From NCBI GenBank assembly GCA_012295275.1, contig CM022671.1, forward strand, positions 4,712,001-4,776,000: DNA of 64,000 nt, written 5' to 3'. A program made the translations under genes and the position numbers. The stretch is from Chrysomallon squamiferum. Taxonomy: Eukaryota; Animalia; Mollusca. The notes beneath the pieces are model-generated. The model did not search any database. It saw only the letters and a list, made by a program, of their open reading frames with translations, and was not told where the DNA came from. Below, piece after piece: positions 61,755-64,000 of this stretch. Each line of letters starts with the position of its first letter. The first letter of the stretch is position 1.

Positions 61755-63765
61755 AGAGAGAGTGACTTTAATCAATATAAATATCTGCTTAAAAGAGTGA
61801 CTCACTTTAATGTTTATTTCACCTGCAAAATGATCTGTTATTTGTGTAAAATGAGTGACTCCCTTTAACATAAAGACCTGTTACATATGTAAAACAGTGA
61901 CTCCCTTTAAAAACTTAATGATGTTGTATGTGTGAATGAGTGGCTTGCTTAAACATAATGATCTCTTATGTATGTAAAGAGGTTGACCCCCTTTAACAAA
62001 TATAATGATTTTTTATGTGTAAAGAGTGATTCACTTTAATTGTTAGTATTTGGATTAAATTTTTCATGCATAATAAATAATTTTTCTTTAACATAACAGT
62101 CTATTATATGTAAAAGAGTGACTCTCTTTAGCCAGCAAAATGATGCATTATATGTGCAAAAAAGTGACTCACTTGAACATAAAGATCTGTTACATGTGTA
62201 AAAGAGCGACTTCCTTTAACCATCACAATGATCTGTTAAATGTGTAAAAGAAACACTCTAATAATTCACCTTAACCGACATAATGTAGACTAATTTAATT
62301 GTTAGTGATTGGATTAAATGTTTCTTGAGTAAAAATGTGATTTGCTTTAATCATCATAATGATCTGTTAAATATGTAAAAGGGTGACTCACTTTAACCAA
62401 CATAATTTAGAAATATTTAATTGTTAGTGCTTGGATTAAATGTTTTATGTGCAAAACATTTACTTTAACCACCATAATGATCTTTATATGTGTTAAAGAG
62501 TGACTCACTTTAAATTTAATTACTCATCTTATCTAGTATAATGTTGAAAAGAATGAATGACTTTAATTGTTAGTACTAGGATTAAATATCTTATGAGTAA
62601 AGAATGATATAACCAATGATTTGAAGGGTTAGAGCCAGAAGGTCTTAAGTGCATTTTTTGTAAAAATGACATTTTACCACAAATACATGTACAGTAATAT
62701 ATTCTTTCATATATCAAAGAATCAAGTTAGTAATACAGTGCAACCTCAGGTTACAAACTTAATTTGTTCCAGAACTCGGTTCATAAACCGAATTGTATGT
62801 AAACCAAAGCGATGTCAGACACACGAACACCACTTTCATGTTTTTCAATTATTTCTTTCTTAACCTCTACTGTGATACCTTTATACTTTCCACAATCCTT
62901 ATCGCTTTCACTTTTTGTTTTCTTGGGCACCATACTGGATAGGGTATAATAAAAAATCTACACATAAAAGAAGCAACACATTAGAAAATGCAAGTGCACA
63001 ATCTCAGTGCAAAAGGTATTGAGCTGCAACTGTGTATCGAAGACTAAAGACCCTAATTCTATTTGCTATAATCCTTACTTTGACCTCGGTTATGACATAA
63101 GCATCTATTTTTTTCTTTACTAGATGTTCACGTCAAAACAAAGCTTGTCGTGGCACGTCGCTGTAGTTCGTAAGATGGGACATTATTCATAAACCGAGAC
63201 AAAAATTGCCCAAGATCACGGTTTGTAATCCAATTTGTTTGTGCTTTGAGCCATTTGTAACCCAAGGTTCCACTGTAACCTTTCGAGACATCAATCAGAA
63301 CCAGTAAGAGTTAAGCTGTAAACATGTGTATTTTCAACAACCTGTCAATACATATGCAAATGCCAAAGAACTCAAACTTTGTTTTGTGTTTTTCAGTTTG
63401 GCAAAAATTCAGTTGTGACCTTATGGCTCTAACACCTCCGATTTACTCTATATGTAAAAGAGTGACTCACTTTAATAATTCATCTTATCCAAAATAATGT
63501 AGAAATTTTTTATTTTAGTTATTGGATTAAATATTTTATGAGTAAAGAATAATTTCCTTTAACCACTGTAATGATAATGATTTGCTATATCCTAAACAGA
63601 GTGACTCACTTTAATAATTCATCTTAACCAAAATAACGTAAAAATCTTTAATTTTAATGCTTGGATTAAATGTCTTATGAGTAAAGAATGATTTCATTTA
63701 ACCATCGCAATGATTTGCCATATTCTTACCAGAATGACTCACTTTAATTACTATTAGGATTATCA
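61755..63765. repeat. Degenerate tandem repeat array (~40-bp monomer, ~120-140-bp higher-order units), interrupted by the MITE
   Basis: The core tgtaaaaGAGTGACTCACTTTAA recurs with cataatgatctgtta and ttaattgttagt..ttggattaaat subunits. Two clear ~140-bp copies lie at ~63458-63597 and ~63598-63735. Confidence 0.85.
62736..63275. mobile_element. Non-autonomous DNA transposon (MITE), Tc1/mariner-pogo/Tigger-like, ~540 bp
   Basis: Left end TA|CAGTGCAACCTCAGGTTACAAA; the right end reverse-complements to TA|CAGTGGAACCTTGGGTTACAAA. This gives ~22-bp imperfect TIRs with TA on both sides and no transposase ORF. Confidence 0.8.
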
Positions 63766-63922
63766 CCAGAACATGCACTGTCCTGCTTAGCTAAGCTCTC
63801 TTTGTCATCTTCGCTAGGCGACATCTCCATGTCTAAGTCTGTTATAGGATCAAGGACTTCGATAAGATAAAAAATCTTCTTACTTCTCGCCCAGCTGTAT
63901 GTGTTGTCAAATCTCACCACAT
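63744..63922 (-). CDS. Terminal coding exon of a SEC14-like (SEC14L2-type, CRAL-TRIO + GOLD) protein; gene continues beyond the window
   Basis: After a ctctcag acceptor the exon reads (Y)VVRFDNTYSWARSKKIFYLIEVLDP followed by an acidic tail and stop. This matches the GOLD-domain C-terminal strand motif (YVLRFDNTYS...KKV.F.VEVL.P) of the SEC14L2 family. Other GOLD proteins are not excluded from one exon. Confidence 0.8.
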
Positions 63923-64000
63923 CTGAGAGAATAAAAATACAGCATGCAGGAATGAATGTCTTTAACAATACATCAACATTTTAATGCTCAAAATTATTAT

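Noticed and set aside
61755-63765. CRISPR-like appearance of the near-palindromic repeated core
   Set aside because: Intervening sequences are themselves homologous and the repeats are degenerate and irregular. The context is eukaryotic with no cas genes, so this is a tandem repeat.

Overview
AT-rich, microsatellite-saturated eukaryotic (animal) genomic DNA with GT-AG spliced genes; a mollusc or other invertebrate is my guess, not demonstrable here. Almost all ORF-track entries are microsatellite artefacts, so I built gene models by hand from splice sites and reading frames. (1) 2345-5614 (+), 6 exons, 257 aa: a secreted protein with a bacterial-type SH3 (SH3b)-like domain fused to a zinc LAS/peptidase-M15 (DD-peptidase/Hedgehog-N fold) domain, a candidate intron-containing peptidoglycan hydrolase and the most interesting item. 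(2) 44354->12852 (-), 4 coding exons with a ~29.6 kb intron: a ~250 aa signal peptide + NtA/CCDC3-N-like domain + GPI-signal protein. (3,4) Two tandem 8-exon GH29 alpha-L-fucosidase genes (47939-52446, 53762-58234). The first has active-site substitutions; there is also a 116-bp identical tract between the copies and an inverted copy of exon 5 between them. (5) The last exon of a SEC14L/GOLD-domain gene (-) at 63744-63922, whose stop codon lies in a degenerate tandem-repeat array interrupted by a TA-flanked MITE. Three single-base deletions in short homopolymers break two of the genes and look like assembly errors rather than pseudogenisation.
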